A DNA stretch of 64,000 nt from Camelus ferus (Eukaryota). The stretch is taken from contig NC_045707.1 of assembly GCF_009834535.1 (NCBI RefSeq), positions 52,020,001-52,084,000 of the forward strand, given 5' to 3'. The notes under the pieces are model-generated. The model saw nothing but the letters and a program-made list of their open reading frames with translations. It searched no databases and was not told the origin of the DNA. Of this stretch, positions 13,301 to 25,860 are shown piece by piece. Made by a program: the position numbers and the translations under genes. How positions within the stretch are numbered: position 1 is the stretch's first letter; every line of letters begins with the position of its first letter.

Positions 13301-14124
13301 TTCTGATATGCTACTTAAAAATTGACATCCTATCTTAGTTTTGTTTTAAGTTAGTGTCTTAAGTTAATGAAAGTTTTGCTTTAGAAAATAAAGATAATAT
13401 AGTGTCATATTACTTCCTCATGATCTACTTTGACACAGTTTAATATTTTAGAAGTAAGGTACATTTGTATTATGAGATGATCTCAAATTTCAGGTGTTTC
13501 AAACCGTCTTTTGTCAAGTGGTAAATGATGTTTCTGTCATGGTTGTTTGAAATTTTGAGATGAACAACTATATCAGTGTATTCATTGGTATTGATTAGAA
13601 AAAGATCCATAATCTTTATATATTGACATCCTTCTGTGAAAGTTTTGGGTGATTATATGTTCTCAACTATTCAGATGTTTTGTATCATATTTATTCTTAG
13701 AAGTAAAACAAAGAATTAATATCTAAACAAGTGGGAAAAATGCAAACATTCTGTATATTTCATACACCTGATGCAACTTAGAATCTGTTTTAACCTTGGA
13801 AAGGAGATGGCAGACTTCTTCACCACCTTATTAGAGAGTCATAATGTTTGTCTAAAATATTTTAGACACAAATGTGGCAGTTGCATGGGGGTACACAGGG
13901 TAAGAAGGGAGTGTTGGTGATTTTAGTCTCTATGTCTATTCAGTTTCTTGTGGAGTCTGTGGTCTGATCTAGTCTAATTCAAAATTGTTGCTACTTATAC
14001 CCTAATTGTTTAAATTCCCAGATATTCAGAGAATTGCTAAATAACCAATAGAGAACCAGTTAAGTAATGATTAATTTTAACATAGCTTCCTGATCATTAA
14101 AAAGGGGAAAGAGAAGAAAAATAT

Positions 14125-14285
14125 GATAAACTCTAGACTTTTAAGAGGTAGATTTCTCTATTTCAATCTCATCTATATAAGAAAGTTCTTAATAATGTCA
14201 CAAGATTCAAAAAAGTTGACTATTAGGTCACTAGTCTTCATTAATGACTATCAGAGATCCTTTTAAAGTCAGTGTTTATTTCTAA
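14125..14285 (+). mobile_element. Possible L3/CR1 3' remnant
   Basis: gaggtagattt...tatataagaaagttcttaataat...atgactatcagagatcctttt resembles a CR1 3' end. Confidence 0.35.
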
Positions 14286-15729
14286 ATTTTCAGTAATTTA
14301 AAAATAATTTATTTATATTAATTTTATTAAAATGACATTTCACCAAGAGCAACTCTATTTCCCCAATTACCACATTTTCATATTTTCTTTCTGAAATCAC
14401 ATAAATGAATTAACTATTTTGTGACTTGTTACTGCGTGCATGGTGGAAAAGTATGGGCCATTATTGGTTAATAATTTGATACACATATGTAAGTCTATGT
14501 ATAAAATTTATGTATAAAATTCCTGCTTAGACACACCTAATAAGGTCTTAGACCAGAGAAAGTGGAGGCCTCAAAAAATAGCTCTGGAAGTGATAGTAAC
14601 ATTTTTAAAGCATTGGATTATCTGTTTTTGAAACACTTATTAATAAGGACTAATTTTGGAATAGTATTCTGATATCTATAATTCTGTCAAAATTCAAGTA
14701 CATAAAGCTTCCAATTTGGGGAGGCTCAGCAGTGTCGAAGAGGCCCTAAAGGTTGTTGCATCTCACACTTCATACGTCATGAATTCACAATTTTAAGAGA
14801 ATGATTACCTGTTAGGTGCTAATTTTCCATTAACCATTTTCAATTGTATTTAATGTCAAAGTATATTTTTAATCATAATGGAAATATTTCATATTTCTAA
14901 AAATCATATGTATGGTGAAAAATCCATGAAATTTTATTTTTATTGAGGTTGAATTTTTTCAGCATCTTACAAATATCAGATTTACAATGCATGTGTATTG
15001 TGTAGCACGAGTACACATCCAGATAAGGGAAAAATTTATATATACTTACATAGAAGCCTCACTTCCTTAAAACCCCAAAGCACTTTGACTCTCTTTTGCT
15101 TTCCTCTTTTAATTTTTGTCTAAACCATTTAAGCCATACACATATACAATTCACAAACATGCAATTTCAGAAATATTTTCAGAGATACAAAGTTTAATTG
15201 CATATTTTTACATACCAATAAACTTTATTATAGTTGTTACATTTTATTTTTCAAATCTCTAGATAATTTAAAAAGATTGTAATAGTATTTTTAAGTATTT
15301 AATTCTAAATTTCTAAAGAAATTCATTGATAAACCTGGCAACATTAGTTTTTTGATATTCTTAAAATTCAAAGAATAGTAAGATCTAATTTTCTTGGTCA
15401 ATTGTTATATATATTACTGAATAAACATTGTGTGATGGGATTATCAAGTGTCTAAAATTGTTGTATAAACTTGGAACATGAATTCACTCTCACTGCAGTA
15501 TATATGTCTCCATATTCTTCTCAAGAGGCAGGAAGACCTGCTTATTATAAGTATATATAGGAGTATGATGGAAACATGTTTTCTCTATGAAAACCATATC
15601 TCTTCCACTAAAATAAGCCAGTTGATTCCATGTATATTAATTGGTGGGGACCCAGATCCCACCCCACCAGAATGAGAGACATACGATTCAGGTCTCATAT
15701 ACAATTAAAGTTCACTAATCAGGATAAGG

Positions 15730-16047
15730 AAGATCCAGACCAAGGAAGGCATCCTCCCTGACCAGCAGACACTCATCTTTGCAGGCAAACAGCTGGAAGA
15801 TGGATGTACTCTTTCTGATTAAAACATCCAGAAAGAATAAACTTTGTACCTGATCCTGTGTGAGGGGAGGTTGTTAGTTCTTCCATCTTGCATTCATAGT
15901 GTGCAATGATGGTATTACTCTGCACTCTAGCCAGCTACCCCAATTTAAGTTTAGAAATTACCAGTTTCGATAATAGCTGAACTTGTTCAAAATGTTAATA
16001 AAAGTTTTGTTGTATGGTAAAAAGAGAAAAAAGAACAAAACCAAAAA
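15730..16047 (+). pseudogene. UBB: 5'-truncated processed pseudogene of polyubiquitin B (last ubiquitin unit residues ~29-76, terminal Cys, 3'UTR, poly(A) remnant)
   Basis: From 15730 it reads [42 protein letters not shown](2-nt deletion)-RGGC*, versus ubiquitin [48 protein letters not shown]. In-frame TAA at 15820-15822 and 15838-15840; stop TAG at 15875-15877. The extra C-terminal Cys and the 3'UTR (ttactctgcac...aagtttagaaattac...atagctgaac...ttcaaaatgttaataaa) match my recollection of mammalian UBB rather than UBC, UBA52 or RPS27A. AATAAA at 15997-16002 and A-rich tail at 16019-16047. Confidence 0.95.
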
Positions 16048-17344
16048 CTTGTCTGTTGGTCAGACAAGTTGGTTCAGGAGTGTGTGAATAACCTAAATCA
16101 GGTTACTGCTTTTGTCCCTCTTTGCCACTCAGTGAACAGAGTAAAGCAAAGCTAAGAAATGAATAGAAACAGAGTCCCTATATAATGGTGTGTGACTTCA
16201 AATCTTTTCAGTAACATCTGCCAATATATTCACTTTTTTGAAAAATGCGTTATTATTTTGAGATTGATTCTTGATAAATCCACTAAAAATGTTGACTTAG
16301 TGCGATACAATATTTCAGGACTTCCAGGTCATTCTCTGAAGTAGCCTTGATAATAGTATGTTGGCTGAATCCAAATGTTGTGTAACCAAGATCTAGTCTT
16401 TCCACAAAGTTTGTTAAATTAGGGGAAATGAGGTATTTAGATACATATTTTTACAAACATGTAAAATATCTGTGTGTGTGTGTGCATGTGTGTTTAACAT
16501 TTCAGGAGGTAAGTTAATTCCTAGGAAAAGGCCCTATAACAATTATAACCCTATAATTGGAAGTTTTCAGTTTTTGTTGCCATGTGGAGAATAGACCTCA
16601 ACTTCTGACATTTAACCATTGTAAGGCCCCAGTCTGTTTTTCATTATCTTTTAGGATCTTCAGAGCAGCTGCATGCGGTCTTACATGGCCTGCAGCAGTG
16701 CTAGTTTCCCCTCTCATTGTATACCCTGCTTGTCTCCTGCTATGCATAGCTAACAATGCCCTCCCTCCTGCTGTCATCCTCATTTCTCTAGTTCTTGAGA
16801 TCACTGATGGGAGAAGAGAACCATTACTAAAGACATCTACAGAGTGCTAAATTGCTGATCCATCCGTAAGATTCTTCTGTTTACTGTCCTTGTTATTTAT
16901 GTTGATATTTGCTTAACCTAGGATGTTTGCTCTTAATATATGGGGTGATTTAGAAAGACCATGGAAGTCAATTTTATCCACAGTTCTTGCTGTCACTGAA
17001 TGACATGAGATTAATAATATCTGAGCTAATGTTTCCACATTAAATACTATAACATCTTTCGATCTACTTTTTTAAAATATACAATAGAAGATGCCACTGA
17101 AGCATGGTATGCTGTATATTACCAGTAGGATGGATTTGCACAACTGAGGATATAGTTTGAATGCTCTAGCAGGCCCCATTTTTTTCTTTTTGGATCAATT
17201 GTACGTTATCAAATACCATGTAGTCACTTTAAGACAAAAACAATCCCAATTTGGTAAAATTTAAATGACTCATCCCATATAATAATCAAATGCTGAACCT
17301 AATATAAAGTTAAGTTCACAGGTCTTCAGATTGAGAGAAATAGT

Positions 17345-18077
17345 ACTAAAGGAGCTGTACTGAAGAACAGCATTCAAAGAGCCTCATCCGTACTTGAACC
17401 TGATTTAGACAAGAAGGTGCTGAAACTTGGACCTGAGTGCGATGCTGTAATATATGAGAGATTTTGGGGTCTTGGGAGTGAATGCATGTGTTTTACTTGC
17501 AAAAAGAATGTAAATACTTTGTGGCCAGAATGTGGACTATGCCTGCAAGTTCTTTGACACTCGTCAGTTCAAGAGATGGAGACCTATGTCAATTCTCCTT
17601 GAACATGAACAGTATTTTGTGACTGCCTTGTGAAATAGAATGCAATAGAAAGAATGCTATGTGACTTCAGATAAAAATCCACCCAGCTTCCTCTGGTCTT
17701 TCTTGGGGCATTTGCTCTGGAAGACCATCAGCCACAATATAAAAAACCTAGCTACCTTGAGGCTACCATGTAGAGATATCAGGTGGAGAAACCATATGTA
17801 GATGAAGAGATACCCAAGAACCTCCAACTGTTCTGACATTCGCTGTTTGAGTCTTTCCAGCTCAGGTACTAACAATGCAAGTGATGAAGTCTTCAAGATA
17901 ACCCTATTCCTAATGTCAGACACTATGCAACTGTAACTGCAACTGCATGAGAGACACAAGTCAGGCAAGAACTGACTAGCTGAGCCCACTTGAGTGCTGG
18001 ATTCATGAACAAAATAAGTGATGCTGTTGCTTTAGGCCACTGTTTTGGGCTGTTACACAGCAATAAATGACCAGAAC
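17345..18077 (+). mobile_element. MaLR internal 3' end plus MLT1-type LTR
   Basis: The internal-like segment (gagcctcatccgtacttgaacctgatttaga...gtggccagaatgtggact) is followed by LTR motifs gttctttgacactc, gtgactgccttg..aatagaatgc, ctagctaccttgaggctaccatg and the terminal ttgctttaggccactgttttggg...acacagcaataaatgaccagaac. Confidence 0.8.
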
Positions 18078-18176
18078 TATAAACTATAAAAATTGAGAGG
18101 TATTTTTTCTTTAGAAAATACATTAAAAATGAACCCGTTGCAGAATTTATTTTTTACCATTTTTTATGGTTTAGAT

Positions 18177-18392
18177 CAGGATTCCTGATAGGAGCACTAT
18201 GGACATTTGTGGCCAGATAATTTTTATTGTGTGGGGCTCCCCTGTGTGTTGTTGAATTTTTAGCAGCATTTCTGCCTTTCCCACTAGACACCAGTGGCAC
18301 ATAATCCTCCTAGTTGTGACTACCAAAAAGGTCTCCAGACATTTTCCAAATGTCCTGTGAAGGCAAAAATCACTCCTGATTAAGAATTAGTG
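18177..18392. mobile_element. hAT-Charlie non-autonomous DNA transposon, MER20
   Basis: gcactatggacattt.tggccagataatt...tttagcagcat...cccactaga..ccagt.gcac...agttgtgac.accaaaaa.gtctccagacatt...aaatgtcc. 8-bp TSD gtttagat at 18169-18176 and gcttagat at 18393-18400. Confidence 0.88.
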
Positions 18393-20616
18393 GCTTAGAT
18401 AAATTTAAGGAAAAAATGGTAGGAGAAAAAAAAAATCCTGGGAAAGAAAAGGAGTGTGAAACAATAAAATAAATAACCAAGAATTTATATCAAATTTCCT
18501 AATAATAAACCATAAAGTAGAGACACTATTAAAGCAAGCATGTTCTAACACTAGATGTTCTGTTTGTAAAATCATCAAAATGTCCATGCTTATCCACACT
18601 TTTGTAAATACGTAGAATCAGAGTTCCATTGAGTTATGGTGTTATTGAGGTTCACTTTGACTAATTGTTTTATTTGTTCCTGGCACTTTGTATCTCTTAT
18701 TTCATGCTTCAGCTGATTTTTCATGTTATTTTGAATTGTTTCAAAAGAAATACTTTTAGAAATTAGTGGCTTTTCCAAGAGATGAGTTTTGTCCCTCAGA
18801 TAACTTCATAATTTAGCATTTTGAGCTTTTAAAAATACCTATCAAGAAACAATTGCTAATTGAGACTAATGTGTTATGCTGTGCATTTCTGACAGCATAA
18901 TCTGCATCTTCAAATTTTGGTGATAATAATTGCATGGCAACTTGTAATTCAGAAAGGAAACACTATCAGAATTTTTAGTCATGAAAAAGGAACGAAAGAG
19001 TTGGAATTCAGAGTAAGAGGACATTAGATTTTATTCAGAATCCTTGTTCCTTCAGTATGAATATTTTAAACTATTGACATTACACTTCTGATTTTTCACT
19101 TTTGGAGAGCCCATATTCTTATATAAGCCATTGAAGAATGGGCTATATGTAGTTTGTTGTACTTTGTTAAATTTGTTTCAAAATTTTCTTTCTGAACTAG
19201 AGTTATTGTGATAATTATAATTGCTAGTTTTTTTTGTTTTTTATTTTTTAATTGTTTAATAGTCCAGAAGAGGTTGATTGGCCAAGAAGAGAGTGAATGA
19301 GTTGATTTTGTTTCCATCCTGGGGCCAATAATGGTGCTATTACTTCCTAACAATTCTGTTTCAACTGCTGGTTGTCATAAGCAGTGAGAAACCATGAGAA
19401 AATTAGTGCAAATTCATCTTTACAATTGGCCAGTGAAAATCTATCACCAGAACAATGAAGACAGCTTAGAGTGTAGCATATACTGCTAGAGGTGAGAACC
19501 ATTAACTACATGTTCAATGGGCAAGCATTCCTCCATGCTCTCAGTACACTATCATGTTGTTTCTACTGGAAGTCTAGGTAAGTTAGTGCCTCATCGTATT
19601 CTGGACTTAACTTTCAAATATACAGGACATTATCTGTCTCTTGGTAATTGGCATGTCACTTTTACAAGGCATATATCTGTCATCACTCAACAGCTACCAC
19701 TTATCAGAGGAATAGGACACCAATCGCACAGATCATTCAAATAGATTAAACCAATTTTCTCCTTTTACAACCTTTACATAGTGCAATGACATATAAATTG
19801 ATTTGTAAACTATTCATAACTTCTAGATGGGTTTACCTCTTTCATTTTTTAGGAAGTAAAGAATTGTAAAGCTGAATAGATCTGGCATGCCAGTACATTA
19901 GCCCTCCTATAACAGATTTTCATTTTAATGTTACTCTTTTTTTTTTTTGCAAGGGCAAGATGCTAAACGAGATGAGATAATTTACATTTTGTCACATTTG
20001 CTTTCAAAGATTAATGTACACCAACATGAGGAATCAAAAATACAATATTAGGTAGAGCCAACTTTTGAAGCAAAGGCAGTAAGTTACTATTTAAAAGCAA
20101 AATTGGATGGCATGTTGTTTATCAAAATGGTTTCTTATCATTTATTCAAAATAAATAGAGGAGTAATACCTGAAAGCCTACGTTTGGAAATGTGGCAGAT
20201 TTGAGAATGAAATCTGGATCTCAGATTTATGGTTCTGTGATACTAATTTACTTCTCCAGTGCTTTCATGTTCACACATACCCCAGAAAAGAACAAGGTCA
20301 GCTCTTTAAAAGGTTTTGTGCATGGATGAACATCTCTAAATCAATTAAAATGTTATTGTTATTAATATTGTTATACTTTTTCAAATAAAGGATCAATTTA
20401 GAAATTATATATAATTCTACAAGGTTTAACTCATGATAGGATAAATTTTCATGTGACTTACGGTGGAATTCTTACAACTTCACAGTTATTTCACAAACAT
20501 GTCATATGATAGGAAGCAGTCTTAATACTGATGATTTTTGGTTCCCTTTTGCTTGTAGCTATCTTATTCTAACTCATATGTATCACTTTAATAGATTTGC
20601 AAATGGTGCCTTTCTC

Positions 20617-21357
20617 AAATATATATATATTTATTGAAGAATAGTCAGTTAACAATGTTGTGTCAATTTCTAGTGTACAGCATAATACTTCAGTCATACA
20701 TGAACATACATATATTTGTTTTCATATTCTGTTTCACCATAAGTTACTCCAAGATACTGAATATAGTGCTATACAGTATGAACTTGTTTTTTATTTATTT
20801 AATGAATATTAGGTAGTATCTGCAAGTCTTGAACTCCCAATTTATCCCTTCCTACCCCCTTTCCCCTCTGGTAATCATGTTTGTTTTCTGTGTCTGTGAG
20901 TCTGTTTCTGTTCTTTAAATAAGTTTTTTGTCTCTTTTTTTTTTTTTTTTTTTGATTCCACATATAAATGACATCATATGGTATTTTTCCCTTTCTGGCT
21001 TACTTCACTTAGAATGACAGTCTCCAGGTCCATCCATGTTGCTTCAAATGGCAGTATTTTATTCTTTTTTATGGTTGAGTAGTATACCATTGTATAAATA
21101 TACCACAACTTCTTTATCCAGTCATCTGTTGATGGACATTTATGTTGTTTTCCATGTCTTGACTATTGTAAATAGTGCTACTGTGAACATTAGGGTGCAT
21201 GTATATATTTGAATTAAGATTCCCTCTGGATATATACCCAGGAGTGGGATTGCTGGATCATATGGTAACTCTATTTTTAGTCTTTTGAGGAGTCTCCATA
21301 CTGTTTTCCATAATTCTGTACCAAACTACATTTCCACCAGCAGTGTAGGAGGGTTCA
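20617..21357 (-). mobile_element. Young 5'-truncated LINE-1 (ORF2 C-terminal end plus 3'UTR)
   Basis: Typical L1 3' end in antisense (tttattgaagaatagtcagttaacaatgttgtgtcaatttct...tccaggtccatccatgttgc...gggattgctggatcatatggtaactctatttttag). The tail has decayed to (AT)n. A 17-bp TSD with 1 mismatch: caaatggtgcctttctc at 20600-20616 and caaatgttgcctttctc at 21358-21374. Confidence 0.93.
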
Positions 21358-21369
21358 CAAATGTTGCCT

Positions 21370-21465
21370 TTCTCTTTCTCCTTCCTTTTCTTCTCTCCTT
21401 CTTTCCTCTCTTTCTCCCTCCCTCCCTGCATTCCTTCCCACTTTACTCCCTTCCATTCATTCACT
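21370..21465 (+). repeat. CT-rich low-complexity tract
   Basis: Polypyrimidine run read directly. Confidence 0.85.
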
Positions 21466-22329
21466 CTTCTATGTATTTACTGAGGATTTAATGTGTGTCA
21501 GATACAGAGATAAACACTGCAAACATGCAGCTGAGAACTTTGGAGCACTTGTTCCCATGGTACAACCCCTCTAATAGAAGCAGGAAAGTCATGTCAAAGA
21601 AGAAGAATTAAATGCTAACCTGTGTTATGGCAAAAACAACAATAACAAACTCACAAAGGAGCAAGACATTTATTATGTGTTTTCCTTCTGTATTTATTTC
21701 ATTCCCCAACTTGTTTACACCTGGAATATATATCATTGCTCCATTCAGTGTATGTGTATCAGGTTTTTTTTTTTCTAACAGAAGTTTAGTTCTGTTGCTC
21801 CAAATATGAAATTTCTATGTTGCTCATAGTGAACTACAGATACACTGCAGCCTTCTCACTATGAGTGTCTTCCATAGTCTACTTCTCCATAACTGTCTAA
21901 AGTTGTTTTGTATGCCAAAAAGATCATTGTTTTTATTTATTTATGTTTGGCTTGTATTTTGTTCCCATCTACCATCATAGATCACAGTATATCATGGTAT
22001 TTTTGACAAAGTAGGGCTCAATACCTTAGCAGATCAATCAATAATGATGAAATGAATGAACGAACAGATGACTGATGGACTGAATGACTGGCTGACTGAA
22101 TGAGAACCATATGGCAGTTTTTCTTGGTGTTCTCTCTAACTTGAATTTCTTTTCTCTCCTTCCTCTTCCTTTATCTGTGAATATATCCCCGGCTTCAATT
22201 TCCTGCTATTTCACCCTACTTTGATCAATTCAGTTGATATCACCTTTCCATTAAGTTATTCTTTATGTTAAACAGTTTTCTGTTAAATTCTTTTTGAGAT
22301 ACCTATAGCAATGTTTCCTTGTATCATTT

Positions 22330-23150
22330 CTATGCCCTCTCAGATTACTAATATGTACAGAAAAATTATGAAAATATGTAATTTTCAAGTAGGATTTACA
22401 TTAAGAATGTAGGAATATGTCAATATTAAAAAGATATTTATTTCAGTACATTGACTGATTAAAGAAAAGCTCTATAATCATGTCTATAGATGCCAAAAGA
22501 TATTTGTCAAATTCAACACACATTGCCAAATAATATATCTTAGTAGACTGGAAGAAATACATTTTCTTAAACTTATAAGGAGAATATATCAAAAACAAAC
22601 ATCATACTTAATGCTGAAAAATTAGAAGCATTTCTAATGAAATGAGAACCTGAACAAACACCAGTTTTCACCTCTTAAAAAATTGTGGCATTATTTGATA
22701 AACCCATTTCAACAGCAATGATCAATACAAATTATGGCATAATTTGATAAATCTGTTTCTTTGAGTGATTATCAAGTAAATTTTATAGTATAAAGAAATC
22801 TTACATATGTGAATACAAGACTACAATACTAATTCAGTTACATTGATATAATAGAATAAAACATAATCATTGAAAATGAGTCATGTATTTGGAAAAATGT
22901 CATAGTCATAAATCAAATGGTAGAAAAATACATGTTATATTATTGAATTTGGGAGATATATATACACACACACACATATATATATATATATATGTTTACC
23001 TGTGTATATATATCTTTTACATGTATGCTTAATACTTTGCACATGAGCTAGATTCACATGAAAGATGTCCATGTTATGTTACATGAACAAAGGAAGTTAA
23101 AGAATTCTGTAGTATATGTATGTTTGCATATTAGCTTTTGCTTTACAGAA
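22330..23150 (+). mobile_element. Old L1 (L1M) fragments
   Basis: tcatgtctatagatgccaaaagatatttgtcaaattcaacac and aacatcatacttaatgctgaaaaattagaagcattt, an L1 ORF2 RT-region remnant. Confidence 0.65.
22957..22993 (+). repeat. Compound (TA)/(CA) microsatellite
   Basis: atatatatacacacacacacatatatatatatatatat. Confidence 0.9.
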
Positions 23151-23261
23151 TTATCTATTGCATACCATCATCAATATTTTGATGAAACTATCCTTTCCTA
23201 AAGCATAGAGTCTTCCAAAAATATATCCAAAACATGTAGATATATCTTTCTCTCTATGTAC

Positions 23262-23315
23262 ATATATATATGTATATGTATGTGTGTGTGTGTATATATA
23301 TATATATGTACACAC
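23262..23315 (+). repeat. Compound (TA)/(TG)/(CA) microsatellite
   Basis: Alternating purine-pyrimidine run read directly. Confidence 0.9.
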
Positions 23316-25539
23316 AAAAGCTTATGTGTATTAGCTTTTGCATAAACACACACCTTTACAGTGGTGGTATATGACCTTAAAATCCTATAAATATTAATAG
23401 ATTTAATAGTTTAATAGATGTCACCTGTTATAAGCCTTTGGCTATAACACATGCATTTTTTATGATGTGATAACTCAAGAAGATGAATTAAATTTTTCAG
23501 AATAAGATAATGTGTCCACAGAGGGTAGGGTCAACCTAATACTTGTTGGTAAAAATGTTTGACAGCTGTTTGAACATATTGTCATTTGGGAGGAGAAAGA
23601 TTCAATTCATCAAAATCAACAGTACTCACTGAGGGAGTTGTATAGTGTCAGAGCAACCTTTATATTAAATCTAATCTTAAATCATTTAAACCATCTGTTG
23701 TACATAAGAAGACACTAGTTAATGGTAACAGTCTTATCTTCACTAGAAGCAAAACTACTGTATGTAATACCATGCCTGCTGTGTGTGTGTTTTGTAGCCT
23801 TATATATTTGAGTGGAGCAATTTCACAGCAATTAAATCGAATGGAAACTTGTTCTACAGAGATTTTCACAAGAGCTGGCAATTATATATGGACTAGACTG
23901 TTGTACTGCTAACCTTTTTACAAAATCTCTCCCCATGAAACAATTTTATCAATGCTCATTAATACTCTCATTGTGGGAGGGTGCCTTTTTATTTTCTGAT
24001 TTAATGGCTGTAGATCAATATGTGTTGGGTTGTGGAAACATACAGACTCCGTTAGGAAAGGGAATCGAAAGAGGAAAATACTGTCTACAGCTGGCAGCCT
24101 ACCTTTTATGTAAAAACTCAATGGAGCTTTTCCTTCCTGGTACCTGAGTAGAAGAACCTGTATACTCCATTCTCATTTCTTCCCAAATTAATTTTGTTTC
24201 TGTTGTGGCTAGAAGGTGAAACTCTGAAAAACACTATGTTCCATACCCAGTTTAAATGATTGATGCTCAAAGAAAAATCCAATTGTCAAAAATAATAATT
24301 TTGTTATGAGTCACAGTGACATCAGATGACACAAAAAGCTTTATCAAGTTGGATCTTAACTCATGAAATTTTGGACACAACTGCATTCTCCAAGTGACTC
24401 ATTTATTTAATGCTGATAATATAAAGCCTAGAACATTGAATTCACTCAGGATTAATGAGTTTTTTCTTTTGACATACACTCTGAAGTTTTGGGGGTTTTT
24501 TGTGGTTGAGTATTGATTGCATTTTCATAGGTCAAGAACTGGTAAACATCTTAATTTTGAAGAACATTGTTTTGTTTTCCCTATACCATCATTTTTTTCT
24601 TGAATTAGGATAATATATTTTATTGATACAAAGTAAATTGTACATTTACACATTTCAGAAATGTTTAAACTTGAAAATACTTTGGATGTCTTTTCAGTAT
24701 ATAATGCATTTTAAGTTATTTCTTAATTCTCCATATGTTTTGTTTTTCTACTAAAACCTTAAATCTGATGTTTTTCTTATTTTTTGAATGGATGACATAG
24801 GGAACTGCCACAACTTTGGAATCTAAAGAACTTTATTTTGTAAATAGGAATTTATGCAATATGAGAAGCTGTCTCTAGCTTATGACAGTACATGAAAATA
24901 AAAAACTTCTCCATTTAAAAGTGTAGTATCTGTTCTCAGGGCTGGACAGCCTTCATGGGAATGTAGCCTATGATGTCAAACAGGGTTCCACACTTAGAAG
25001 GACCCCACTCTTCCCTCAGATAAGGATACAGTACCTCACAAAAGTGAAAGGACTGGTCTGAAGTCTCCTGTGGGGGCCAATGATAGAGGTCAGTCTTGTG
25101 CCAAAAGCTTCTTATCTCCACTGAGTTTTTTTTTCCCACTACATTGTGTCTCATATTTTCTCTAAAGTAACTTGCTATTTCTTAAAAATCAATTCTACAT
25201 TTTTCCAAGAGCCTCTCAAATTTAGTTACACAGTATCTATGAAGCTTGATCCTAGAATATGCACCAGACTGATCCTTACAAAATGCATTCAGATGTATCT
25301 GCTCATCTCACTGATAGGTCATAAAAGCCTGTAGTTTTTTTTTCATATAATAATTCCCCTTAGTTGGAATTCCTTTTGTCCTCCTAAACCGATCCTAGAC
25401 CCTATCCATCTTTCAGAAGTCCAACAGATTTGTAAGTCTCTTATGGAAATTCCCATAATCCTCACTTTATTTTGAGATATGACAGTTCTTAATAGTGTAT
25501 ATAATAAAGTTTAGCATTTAATTATGTGCCCTCACTTGA

Positions 25540-25860
25540 CGAATTCAGTTTCTTAGTGGCAAATAAAACAATCCACTCTAGCTACTTTAAGCAGAAAAAA
25601 TACATATAAAGATATATTAACTAGTTGATAGATTCTTAGAAGATCAAAGTATCAGTGTTTGAAGTTTATGCTAGCAGGAACAGGGCTTCAAAAACAGAGA
25701 CAGTTCTGGAAAATGCAAAAATTTCCTTCCTGAGCCCCTAACAAATCCCAGAACTAAATTAAAGGTCTCTCTTTTTGAATCTGATTGGATGGGTCTGAAG
25801 GACATGCCTGCACCTTTCTACAAGAAAGGTTTTTAATTTTAATTCTGCTTATAATTTGAA
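25540..25860 (-). mobile_element. Old MaLR LTR remnant
   Basis: cttagtggcaaataaaacaatccactctagctactttaagcagaaaaaa...gaatctgattggatgg...acatgcctgcacct. Confidence 0.5.

Noticed and set aside
15730..15877. Functional ubiquitin, NEDD8 or ubiquitin-fusion CDS
   Set aside because: It lacks the first 28 residues and has two stops and a frameshift. The sequence and 3'UTR fit UBB.
16557..16850. Overlapping 97-aa and 68-aa ORFs on opposite strands as CDS
   Set aside because: No recognisable homology. Kept only as a possible non-coding exon.
21258..21464. 68-aa minus-strand ORF
   Set aside because: A fusion of a low-complexity CT tract with an L1 ORF2 remnant.
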